DNA of 32,000 nucleotides from Mycolicibacterium smegmatis (GTDB lineage: Bacteria; Actinomycetota; Actinomycetes; Mycobacteriales; Mycobacteriaceae), in assembly GCF_001457595.1 (NCBI RefSeq), contig NZ_LN831039.1:3420001-3452000 (forward strand), written 5' to 3'. The notes below the pieces were generated by a model. The model was not told where the DNA came from. It ran no database searches and saw only the letters and a list, made by a program, of their open reading frames with translations. Below, one piece after another: positions 9,048 through 17,298 of the stretch; the first letter of the stretch is position 1; each line of letters opens with the position of its first letter. A program made the position numbers and the translations under genes.

Positions 9048-9911
9048 TCACACCGGGTGCGCCGCGAACCACTCCAGCAGCAGATCGGCAACCTCGTCGG
9101 GCCTTTCCTCCGGGATCCAGTGCGATACTCCGTGCAGCGTCTCGAATCGGTACGGTCCCGCAACGTAGTTCGCGGTCTCGCGTGCGGGCTTCTCGGTGAT
9201 CGCGATGTCGCGGTCGCTCCACACGTACAGCGTCGGCACCGTGATCTTGCGCTTGGCGATCTTGTGCTTTGCGCGGGGATCCGACGTCGACAGGAACATG
9301 GCCCGGTACCAGTTGAGAGCGGCGGTCAGCGCGCCGGGTTCGGCCATGGCGCGTGCGTCACGCTCGGCGATCTCACGCGTCTGTCCGCTTCGCTGCAGCG
9401 TCCTGACCATGCGCGCAGCGCCGCCATCGCGGCCGAGCATGAGCCGTTCGGGAAGGCGGGGAAGCTGGTTGAGGTACATGTACCAGGATGCAAGTCCCTG
9501 CCGACTGGTCGTCATCGCCCGCAGGAAGGCCTGCGGGTGCGGAACCGACAGCGCCGACAACGTGGCCAGCCGCGCCGGCACGTATGACGCGACGCCCCAG
9601 GCCACGGCGGCACCCCAGTCGTGCCCCACAAGGTGGACGCGGTCTGCTCCGCTCGCGTCGATGAGTGCGACCACGTCTTCGACGAGCTCACCCACGCGGT
9701 AGTCGCGCCGACGTGGTGGCCGGGCGCCGGGGGAGTATCCGCGCTGGTTCGGTGCGAGACACCGGAAGCCGTGCGCCGTGAGTCTGCCGACGATGGGCTC
9801 CCAGCTGGAGTTCCGCTGCGGAAACCCGTGCAGCAGTATCACTGTCGCGCCGTCGGAGGGCCCGGCTTCGCTGACCTCGAATTCGAGGTTGCCGCGGCGG
9901 TAGGAGTCCAT
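9048..9911 (-). CDS. Alpha/beta hydrolase with Asp nucleophile (epoxide hydrolase/haloalkane dehalogenase type)
   Basis: HGFP oxyanion motif (ILLHGFPQRNSSW) and a G-H-D-W-G nucleophile elbow. ATG 9911 is preceded by GGAGG. Confidence 0.8.
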   Translation of the reverse strand: MDSYRRGNLEFEVSEAGPSDGATVILLHGFPQRNSSWEPIVGRLTAHGFRCLAPNQRGYSPGARPPRRRDYRVGELVEDVVALIDASGADRVHLVGHDWGAAVAWGVASYVPARLATLSALSVPHPQAFLRAMTTSRQGLASWYMYLNQLPRLPERLMLGRDGGAARMVRTLQRSGQTREIAERDARAMAEPGALTAALNWYRAMFLSTSDPRAKHKIAKRKITVPTLYVWSDRDIAITEKPARETANYVAGPYRFETLHGVSHWIPEERPDEVADLLLEWFAAHPV

Positions 9912-10083
9912 GGGTGCCTCCGGTGCGATGTGGCCGTGCGGGTCGACGAGCCGAGCTCTCCCATCTTGCCAAGCCGCCCGGACGACCGCAAAGACCGGCA
10001 CGTATGCGAATGGGGTAGCGCCCTACGCACGCCGAGGTGCTGCGGCGGTCCGACACTGATGGCACACGGAAAGGACGCACCGG

Positions 10084-10731
10084 ATGAAGACCTACACGGT
10101 CGCACACGCGGACACGTTGTTCGGCATCGCGCAGCGGGAGTACGGCGACGGCGGCCTGTTTCCGGTCATCGCACGGCAGAACCACGTCGCCAACCCGGAT
10201 CTCATCGTCACAGGGCAGGAGATCCTCGTTCCCTACGTCACGTATCGCCACCTGTTCACGACCGAGGACTCGACCGCGGCTCGCGCAGAGCTCACACAGC
10301 GCCACTACGCCACCGAGGACCAGGCCGTCCAGCTCATCTGGGAGGTGGTCAACGGCGTGGCGCAACGGCAGATCCAGCGCGGCGCGTGGCTGCTGATGCC
10401 CGACCTCACCGACGTGGGCCGCCACACGGTCGTCGAAGGGGAGAGTTTTCTCAACCTGGCGCACCGGTGGTACGGCGACGAGGCGCTCGCGGTCGTGATC
10501 GCCAACGCCAACCACCTCGATCTGTTCACCGATCCCGAGCCCGGCACGATACTCGTCGTGCCGCGACTCAACCGTCGCCGCGGTGTCGCCGGTGACACGC
10601 TGGAATCGTTGGTGCGGGAGGAGTACGGCGACGACGACGTCGAGACCAGGACCGCGGTGGTCGCCGCCGCCAACTACATCAGCAGGCCGCACGCGCTGTG
10701 CTCCAACCAGATCGTCTATTTCCCGTCCTGA
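10084..10731 (+). CDS. Protein made of tandem LysM-like repeats, with no signal peptide
   Basis: 215 aa. Three clear repeats (aa 4-50, 114-160, 165-213) and one degenerate repeat (aa 54-106) of about 50 aa. Each follows Y/H-T-V-x-x-G/D-(D/E)-(T/S)-(L/F)...YGD...N...hhhP. The N-terminus MKTYTVAHADTL starts directly in repeat 1. Confidence 0.75.
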   Translation: MKTYTVAHADTLFGIAQREYGDGGLFPVIARQNHVANPDLIVTGQEILVPYVTYRHLFTTEDSTAARAELTQRHYATEDQAVQLIWEVVNGVAQRQIQRGAWLLMPDLTDVGRHTVVEGESFLNLAHRWYGDEALAVVIANANHLDLFTDPEPGTILVVPRLNRRRGVAGDTLESLVREEYGDDDVETRTAVVAAANYISRPHALCSNQIVYFPS

Positions 10732-10806
10732 CGGACCGCGTCGCCCTTGACGTTTGAACGTGCAGCGGGAGGGTACTCCCGGTGCACCAAAAAGGCCGAC
10801 GACGGG

Positions 10807-11892
10807 ATGGATGCGGTGAATTCGGGACGAGCAGCACGGCGTGTCCGGCTCACACATCATGTCGTCGAGCTCGACGACGGTCACCAGGTCGGGGTCTCGG
10901 TCGGTGGTGTCGGTGTGCCGATGGTGTTCCTGCACGGTCTCGGTCTGAACCGGCGTGTCTACATCCGGCTGTTGAGCAGGGTTGCGGGGCTGGGCTTTCG
11001 GATCGTTGCGATCGACGCGCCGGGGCACGGCGACACCGAGGACCTACCGCCGGATGCGGACGGGTTCAGCGAGCGCACCGCCATGGTGCTGCGGACCATG
11101 GACGCACTGGGTATCGAAAAGGCCGTTCTGGCAGGACATTCCATGGGTGGGCGCACCGCCATCCATCTCGCGGCGGTTGCGCCACAGCGGGTGTTGGCCG
11201 CGATCCTGGTGGACGCCGCGGCGGGCTCGTCTTTCGACGCGACGATCAGTACGGTGACGCGCTCGCCGAGACAGATGCTCAACAGTGTCCTCGGTGCGAT
11301 CTATGACATGCACTCCGATCCCCTTCACATGCAGATCGGTGCGCTGAACCGGTATCTGCGCATGGTCGCGGCGGTCACGATGGGAAAGTCGTTCGCATCA
11401 CGCGGATTCACCGGTGCGGCCCGCGCGATCATGCAATCGGGCGCGTGCGCTGCCTTGCTGGCGGCCATGCGCGAGCACAGAATTCCCACGATCGTGCTCC
11501 ATGGTGAGCACGACTCCATCGTGCCGTTCGACAACGCATGTGACGTCGCCGATGTCGTGGACGCCACGCTCTACCGCGTGCGCGGCGCATGTCACTCCTG
11601 GTTGATCGGCAACCCGCGCCGCGGTGCCGATTCGATCCGGCAACTGCTGCACGGTGAACTCGGCGACGTACTTCGCGAGGCCGCCACCACGTTGGGCATC
11701 GATGACTGGCGTGACGCCGAGGATTGGGATCGGACCCTCGTCACCTCTGCGGCGCAGGTCCGCACACTGGCCGGCGCCGGCGTCGTGATCGGCCCGGACA
11801 GTCGGGAGCGTGTGGAGATGGATCTCGTCCGACGCCCCGGCCCGACGCGCGCCGAGGCCGTGCCGGAGACACCCGAGCGCGCCACGGCCTGA
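10807..11892 (+). CDS. Alpha/beta hydrolase (Ser nucleophile)
   Basis: VFLHGLGLN oxyanion region and a G-H-S-M-G-G nucleophile elbow. Start at ATG 10807 is preferred over TTG 10747, with low certainty. Confidence 0.75.
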   Translation: MDAVNSGRAARRVRLTHHVVELDDGHQVGVSVGGVGVPMVFLHGLGLNRRVYIRLLSRVAGLGFRIVAIDAPGHGDTEDLPPDADGFSERTAMVLRTMDALGIEKAVLAGHSMGGRTAIHLAAVAPQRVLAAILVDAAAGSSFDATISTVTRSPRQMLNSVLGAIYDMHSDPLHMQIGALNRYLRMVAAVTMGKSFASRGFTGAARAIMQSGACAALLAAMREHRIPTIVLHGEHDSIVPFDNACDVADVVDATLYRVRGACHSWLIGNPRRGADSIRQLLHGELGDVLREAATTLGIDDWRDAEDWDRTLVTSAAQVRTLAGAGVVIGPDSRERVEMDLVRRPGPTRAEAVPETPERATA

Positions 11893-11977
11893 CCGTCGAA
11901 GGGGACCCCGTCGAGGTGTCCGGCCCCCGCAGGCATGATTCGCGCACCGAGATCGCAGGAGAACGGTATAGCGTCGT

Positions 11978-14752
11978 ATGGTGCAGGTCAGCGGTGTCTC
12001 GCGCGACGACGGTCCGGTCGCCGGGTTGATAGGCCGGCGCGACGAGTGCGCGGTTCTCGATCAGCTCGTCGACGCCGTCGCAGGCGGGGCGAGCCGCGCG
12101 TTGATGATCCGTGGCGAAGCGGGTGTCGGTAAGACCGCCTTGCTCGATTACGCCGCGGCCCGGGCCGCCGAGTTGCAGATCGCGCGGATTGTCGGGATCC
12201 AGTCCGAGATGGAGTTGGCTTTCGCCGGAATCCATCAGCTGTGTCTGCCGCTGCTGCCGCGGCTGGGGCACCTGCCCGTGCCGCAACGCGACGCGCTCGA
12301 GGTCGCCCTCGGCATGGCGACGGGTTCGTCGCCCGACCGGTTCCTGGTGGGTCTGGCCGTGCTGAACCTGTTGGCCGATGCCGCCGCCGACCGCCCGCTG
12401 CTCTGTCTGGTGGACGACGAGCAGTGGCTCGACCGGTCCTCGGCGCAGGTTCTCGCGTTCGTGGCGCGACGGCTCGGATCGGAGTCCGTCGGCATGATCT
12501 TCGCCGCGCGGGAGCCCAGCGATGCGGCGGCCGGCGTGCCTGCGCTCGTGGTCAGGGGCCTGCGGGGCGCCGACGCCCGCGCCCTGCTCGATTCTGCGCT
12601 GTCGGCGCCGCTCGACCCCAGGGTGCGCGACCAGATCCTGGCCGAAACCGATGGCAATCCGCTTGCGTTGCTTGAGCTTCCACGGACCCTGACGCGTGAT
12701 GCGTTGGCCGGCGTGTTCGGGTTGCCGGGCGGTTCCGGGGTCGCCACCGACATCGAGCACGCGTTCGGCGTGCGCATCGGTGAACTGCCGGAACCCACGA
12801 GAGATCTCCTCTTGATCGCGGCAGCCGAGCCGACGGGGGATGCCCCGCTGGTGTGGCGCGCCGCGGCGCGTCTCGGGATCGGTTCGGACGCGGCGGCGCC
12901 TGCGGTCGAGGCCGAACTCGCCTCGTTCGACACGCGGGTGACGTTCCAGCATCCGTTGGTGCGATCGGTCGTGTACCGCGCGGCAGCGCTCGACGATCGG
13001 CGGCGGGCGCACCGCGCGTTGGCGGCGGCCACCGACGCCGAGGTGGACCCGGACCGCCGCGCATGGCATCTGGCGCACGCCGCCGCGGGACCGGACGCCG
13101 CGGCCGCGACCGAATTGGAGAGCTCGGCAGCGCGTGCCCGCTCCCGCGGCGGGGCGTGCGCGGCGGCCGCCTTTCTGGAGCGCGCGACGGCATTGACCGT
13201 CGACCCTGTGCTGCGCAATGACCGTGCGCTGGCCGCGGCGGCTGCCAAGGCCGAGGCAGGCGCATTCGAGTCCGCGCAGGATCTGCTCGCGATGGTCGAG
13301 GCCACGTCTCTGAGCGACCTGCAACAGGCTCAGGTCGATGTGCTGCGCGCTCGGCTGGCCTTCGTCACCAGCCACGGAAGCGATGCGCCGCCACTGCTGC
13401 TCAAAGCAGCCCGCCGACTCGGCGGCATCGACCCGGACCGCGCGCGTGCGGTCTATCTCGATGCGATGTTGGCCGCGATGTTCGCGGGGCGGCTCGCCAC
13501 CGGCGCCAACCTGGTCGAGGTCGCCGCGGCCGCCCGGTCGGCACCGGAAAGATCTGGAGCTGCGGAGGTTTCGGATCTGCTGTTGGATTGGCTGACGGCA
13601 CATTACGGTCGTGGCTACGTGGCCGCGCGGTCTGCGCTGGGTGATGTCTTGAGCGCTTTCGACGGTGAGGCCGACGACCTGCCGCTGAACCGAATGCTGC
13701 TCGCGTCGACGGCCGCCCACTACGCCTGGGACGACGTACGCCTCGATGCGTTCACGGCACATCATGTGGAACGCGCGAGGGCCACCGGCGCACTCAGCGA
13801 GGTGCCCATCGCGCTCAATTCGCGCGCGATAGCGCTGCTGTTCTTCGGAGACCTCGATGGTGCCGCCGGTGCCGTGGATGAGATCCGGGCTGCTGACGAC
13901 GCGACGGGCGCATTGCTCGCACCGTATGCCGAACTGGGTTTGGCGGCCATGCGCGGCGACCTCGCCCGCGCCGAGTCTCTCGTCGACGCCACGGTGGCCG
14001 CGGTGACCGAGCGCGGCGAGGGCAACGGTCTCACTGTCGCATGGTGGGCTGAGGCAGTGCTGCACAACGGGTTCGGATCGGCACGCAAAGCGTTGGAGGC
14101 GGCATCGCGCGCAGCGGCCTTCCCGCCTGAGCTGGCGTCGGCAAACTGGGCGCTCGTCGAGCTCGTGGAGGCCGCCACCCGTTGTGGGGCAGTCGAAACA
14201 GCCGCCGAGGCCGCAGCTGATCTGGCCGAGTTGACGACGTCCAGCGGTACCGATTGGGCTCTGGGACTCGCTGCCAGGGCACGTGCCCTCGTCAGCGGAC
14301 CTGCGGAATCGGAGACGTGGTACCGCGAGTCGATCGAGAGGCTCGAAAACACCAGGGCGCGCGCGGAACTCGCGCGTAGCCGTCTCGTGTACGGGGAGTG
14401 GCTGCGCCGCGAACGCCGTCGCACTGCGGCGCGATCCGAGCTCCGTACCGCCCACGAGATGTTCTCGGCCATGGGTATGTCTGCCTTCGCGGCACGAGCC
14501 CAACGTGAGTTGGCGGCCGCCGGCGATCGTATCCGGGAGACCGTCATCGCCGCGGTGGACCACCGGCTCACCGCACAGGAAGCGCACATCGCCCGGCTGG
14601 CCCGTGACGGGCTGTCCAATCCCGAGATCGGGGCGAGGCTGTTCATCAGCGCCCGCACCGTGCAGTACCACTTGGGCAAGGTGTTCACCAAGCTGGGCAT
14701 TACCTCCCGCAGTCAGCTCGACGGCGTCCTGGGACACGTCACCGACCGCTGA
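11978..14752 (+). CDS. LAL-type regulator: N-terminal AAA/STAND-like ATPase, helical repeat region, C-terminal LuxR HTH
   Basis: 924 aa. Walker A GEAGVGKTAL, Walker B-like LLCLVDDEQWLD, Ala/Leu-rich middle. C-terminus LTAQEAHIARLARDGLSNPEIGARLFISARTVQYHLGKVFTKLGI is a LuxR/GerE HTH. Confidence 0.9.
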   Translation: MVQVSGVSRDDGPVAGLIGRRDECAVLDQLVDAVAGGASRALMIRGEAGVGKTALLDYAAARAAELQIARIVGIQSEMELAFAGIHQLCLPLLPRLGHLPVPQRDALEVALGMATGSSPDRFLVGLAVLNLLADAAADRPLLCLVDDEQWLDRSSAQVLAFVARRLGSESVGMIFAAREPSDAAAGVPALVVRGLRGADARALLDSALSAPLDPRVRDQILAETDGNPLALLELPRTLTRDALAGVFGLPGGSGVATDIEHAFGVRIGELPEPTRDLLLIAAAEPTGDAPLVWRAAARLGIGSDAAAPAVEAELASFDTRVTFQHPLVRSVVYRAAALDDRRRAHRALAAATDAEVDPDRRAWHLAHAAAGPDAAAATELESSAARARSRGGACAAAAFLERATALTVDPVLRNDRALAAAAAKAEAGAFESAQDLLAMVEATSLSDLQQAQVDVLRARLAFVTSHGSDAPPLLLKAARRLGGIDPDRARAVYLDAMLAAMFAGRLATGANLVEVAAAARSAPERSGAAEVSDLLLDWLTAHYGRGYVAARSALGDVLSAFDGEADDLPLNRMLLASTAAHYAWDDVRLDAFTAHHVERARATGALSEVPIALNSRAIALLFFGDLDGAAGAVDEIRAADDATGALLAPYAELGLAAMRGDLARAESLVDATVAAVTERGEGNGLTVAWWAEAVLHNGFGSARKALEAASRAAAFPPELASANWALVELVEAATRCGAVETAAEAAADLAELTTSSGTDWALGLAARARALVSGPAESETWYRESIERLENTRARAELARSRLVYGEWLRRERRRTAARSELRTAHEMFSAMGMSAFAARAQRELAAAGDRIRETVIAAVDHRLTAQEAHIARLARDGLSNPEIGARLFISARTVQYHLGKVFTKLGITSRSQLDGVLGHVTDR

Positions 14753-14951
14753 CCGCGCATCCTCGGCGTATGTGGCCAACGAACTCCTAGTAGCGCTCCA
14801 CCCTGGATGTGCAGCCGAGGGATCACCATGATGAACGGCGACCGACGTCGTCAGTTCTGCTGATCTGTAAGGGAATCTCTCAACCATGCATACATGAATG
14901 CCCTTATGTCCGGTCCGAGGTGTCGGTCCGTGCAAGGTGACCGATCACTCA

Positions 14952-14983
14952 TTGACAGTCCTACTATTTCCAGGCAATATATT
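14952..14983 (+). promoter_or_regulatory. Candidate sigma-70-type promoter: consensus -35 TTGACA (14952-14957), 17-nt spacer, CAATAT/TATATT -10 region
   Basis: Read directly. It lies in a stretch of about 42% G+C (hand count, 14941-15000), about 100 nt upstream of GTG 15081 and 250 nt upstream of ATG 15231. No experimental support. Confidence 0.3.
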
Positions 14984-14985
14984 GC
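14974..14985. repeat. Perfect 12-bp palindrome GCAATATATTGC overlapping the candidate -10
   Basis: Self-complementary on inspection. Operator function is inferred only. Confidence 0.4.
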
Positions 14986-14995
14986 ATGTCAGTAA

Positions 14996-15012
14996 ACTGG
15001 ATCAGATCCAGT
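14996..15012. repeat. Perfect 8+1+8 palindrome ACTGGATC-A-GATCCAGT
   Basis: Self-complementary on inspection, 11 nt downstream of the first palindrome. Operator function is inferred only. Confidence 0.4.
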
Positions 15013-15230
15013 CATCAGGAACAACGCGCGCAGGCGGCGCATGGTTCACATCGCACCCGCGGTGCCCGAAGGAGAACAACGTGACCGGGCGCAGGGCGGT
15101 GCGACATTCCGGCAACGCGCCGGCCGCCGCTCCGGGTGAGTGCACCGCATCTAGACCGACCTCGAAGAGGCGCAACGCGACCTCCGGCTCCCGAGTGAAC
15201 GAGAACCGGCCGGCAGGGGTTTCACAGAGT

Positions 15231-16073
15231 ATGTCCCTGGTATCCGAGGTCGGCGCACTCGCGGAGTTCCTGCGCAGCCATCGACAGCGGTTGACGCCGG
15301 AACAGGTAGGCATCCAGACACAGGGGGCCCGCCGCGTACCCGGGCTGCGTCGCGAAGAGGTCGCCATGCGCGCCGGGATCAGCGTCGAGTACTACATCCG
15401 ACTCGAGCAGGGGCGTGAACGCAGTCCTTCCCTCGCGGTCTGCGAAGCCCTGGCCAGTGCGCTAGTGCTGGGCCGATATGAAACCAGCCACCTGTATGAG
15501 CTGGCCGAACCCAGGAAATCCTGTCCCGACGAGCGCCTTGGGCGCCCGCGCGTGCCCGAGGCGAGCCGGGTGCTGCTCGACACCCTGGAGACACCCGCGC
15601 TCATCCAGAACCGGTATGCCGACGTTGTCGCGACGAACCCTGCGGGCGAGGCGCTTTCGCCGAACATACGCGTCGGGGTGAACCGCATCAGAGCGTTGTT
15701 CACCGACCCTGCCGAAAGAGCGCTCCACCTCGATTGGGACCGTGTGACCGAGAACGCCGTTGCCCAGTTGCGTCTCGCCGTCGGCGGCAGCGTGGGGAGA
15801 AGTCCGGCAAGAGAGTTGATCACCGAGCTTCTGCACACCAGTACCCGCTTCCGGAATCTGTGGTCGCACCACGAGGTCGCGCACGCGCCCGTGAGTCCGG
15901 TACGTCTGCAACACCCCGCTGTCGGTCGGCTCGTGCTGTTCGGACAACAGCTCCTCATCGCCGGAACCGACGACCTCTCCATGGTGGTGTACCACGCGGA
16001 TCCGGCCGCATCGTCGTGGTCGGGTCTTCAGCGTCTTCTCGGCCTGGCGTCGGAGGCCGAACCGAACGCGTGA
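15231..16073 (+). CDS. MmyB-like transcriptional regulator (XRE-type HTH plus MmyB-type ligand-binding domain)
   Basis: 280 aa from ATG 15231. LAEFLRSHRQRLTPEQVG...RRVPGLRREEVAMRAGISVEYYIRLEQGRE is the family-typical N-terminus. Alternative start GTG 15081 has a much better Shine-Dalgarno sequence (GAAGGAG-N6) and would add 50 residues. Confidence 0.8.
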   Translation: MSLVSEVGALAEFLRSHRQRLTPEQVGIQTQGARRVPGLRREEVAMRAGISVEYYIRLEQGRERSPSLAVCEALASALVLGRYETSHLYELAEPRKSCPDERLGRPRVPEASRVLLDTLETPALIQNRYADVVATNPAGEALSPNIRVGVNRIRALFTDPAERALHLDWDRVTENAVAQLRLAVGGSVGRSPARELITELLHTSTRFRNLWSHHEVAHAPVSPVRLQHPAVGRLVLFGQQLLIAGTDDLSMVVYHADPAASSWSGLQRLLGLASEAEPNA

Positions 16074-16553
16074 CAGAGGCCGCGAATCATCGCGGACGAC
16101 GTGTATCACACGAATATTGCTTCTCTGGTGAATGTTTCATCGCCGGTGTCGGCCGACGACGGTGAAACCGGTGCGCAGACCAGAAAGAAACCGTATCGAA
16201 AATCGACGTCGCGCGGACGGCGAGGCCGCCCGCATAGATCCCGAGCATCGATGGCAAACGTGTTGCGGCTGTTCTCCATACACCCTCAAGCAACCTCCAT
16301 GTGATCTTCATGCGCAGGATGCGCGGCTCATCGAACATTGTTCACGTGGCCGGCGACGAAGTCCGCCGGGAAGAGCGAGCCGGCCACACCGACACCGCAT
16401 CGAGTGATCACTGATCGCCTCCACGGTGCGGGAGAAGACCGATCTGCCCGTCAGACGGGCGGGCAGCAGAACGTCCGTTGGCCTCGACATGACCAGCACG
16501 CACAACGTCGTGGGTGCGCGCCCGACCGAGGCACGAAACCTGATGGAGATGAA

Positions 16554-17123
16554 ATGACCACAACGATGATCCGCGAGGAGTTCCCTGGCAAACGCAGACC
16601 GGACTTCCAGGACGAGGTGAAACCGCTTCTGGGCGACCTTCATCGGCGCGCCTACGCCTACGTACGCGACACCAGCGACGCCGAGGACCTGGTTCAGGAG
16701 ACGCTGCTTCGCGCATACCGCGCGTTCGACCGGTTGGGCGACGACTACCAACTCATGCCGTGGCTCCTGGCCATCATGCGCAACACCTGGATCAGCCGCT
16801 ACCGCGCGGCCCAGCGCAGGCCCGCGGAAGCGCTCGTGGGTGAGTTCCTCGACACCTACGCTGAAACCGCGTCGCGCGGCGCTTCGGGCGAGACATGGTC
16901 GGCCGAGGACGTGGCCATGCGGAACATGTCGGATCCCGCGGTGGTTGCTGCGCTGTCGAAACTGCCGGAATCGCTGCGACTCACCATGTATTACACGGCG
17001 ATCGTGGGGATGTCGTGTCGCGAGGTGTCCACGCTGATGGACATCCCGAAGGGGACCGTCATGTCAAGGCTGCACCGGGGCAGGCACCAGATGCGCCGGG
17101 CGCTGTCTCATCACCGGTCCTGA
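16554..17123 (+). CDS. ECF-type sigma-70 family RNA polymerase sigma factor
   Basis: 189 aa from ATG 16554 (GGAG 5 nt upstream). Region 2 is DAEDLVQETLLRAYRAF...WLLAIMRNTWISRYR. Region 4 is LPESLRLTMYYTAIVGMSCREVSTLMDIPKGTVMSRLHRGRHQMRRAL. Confidence 0.85.
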   Translation: MTTTMIREEFPGKRRPDFQDEVKPLLGDLHRRAYAYVRDTSDAEDLVQETLLRAYRAFDRLGDDYQLMPWLLAIMRNTWISRYRAAQRRPAEALVGEFLDTYAETASRGASGETWSAEDVAMRNMSDPAVVAALSKLPESLRLTMYYTAIVGMSCREVSTLMDIPKGTVMSRLHRGRHQMRRALSHHRS

Positions 17124-17298
17124 CGTTGCCCGGCAGATACGCGGAGGGTGGGTTTGCCACTACTAGGAACAACTCAACCTGGTCCGTGGAACGTCTGTCG
17201 CACAGAATCACTCTGGGGCCGTCGGCGGCCCCTGGTGGTAGGCGGTGCCGTCTTCTGGCAAACCCATCCGCCAAGGGCGAAGCAGTCTGAAAGCGAGA

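Noticed and set aside
14828-14863. 11-codon mini-ORF (MMNGDRRRQFC) with a GAGGGA upstream, considered as a leader peptide.
   Set aside because: It is too short to evaluate and lies upstream of the candidate promoter rather than in a leader. It has no obvious attenuator structure. It is noted only as a possibility.
11741-14935. 1064-aa ORF on the minus strand.
   Set aside because: It is antisense to the LAL-LuxR gene, which has clear Walker and HTH motifs. The composition is Arg/Gly/Pro-rich with no motifs. This is a high-GC artefact.
16087-16338. 83-aa minus-strand ORF in the gap upstream of the sigma gene, considered as a possible divergent small protein or anti-sigma factor.
   Set aside because: GC3 is only about 60% by hand count. 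There is no Shine-Dalgarno sequence, no ZAS motif and no convincing TM helix, and the C-terminal half is Arg/Pro-rich. Ribosome profiling could revive it.
17166-17192. Two GGAAC pentamers upstream of the wHTH::hydrolase gene, considered as an ECF -35/-10 promoter.
   Set aside because: The first GGAAC is followed by CGT after only 14 nt, against the usual 16-17. The second has no CGT/GTT-type -10 at the right distance. Only the shared 12-mer is retained, as an observation.
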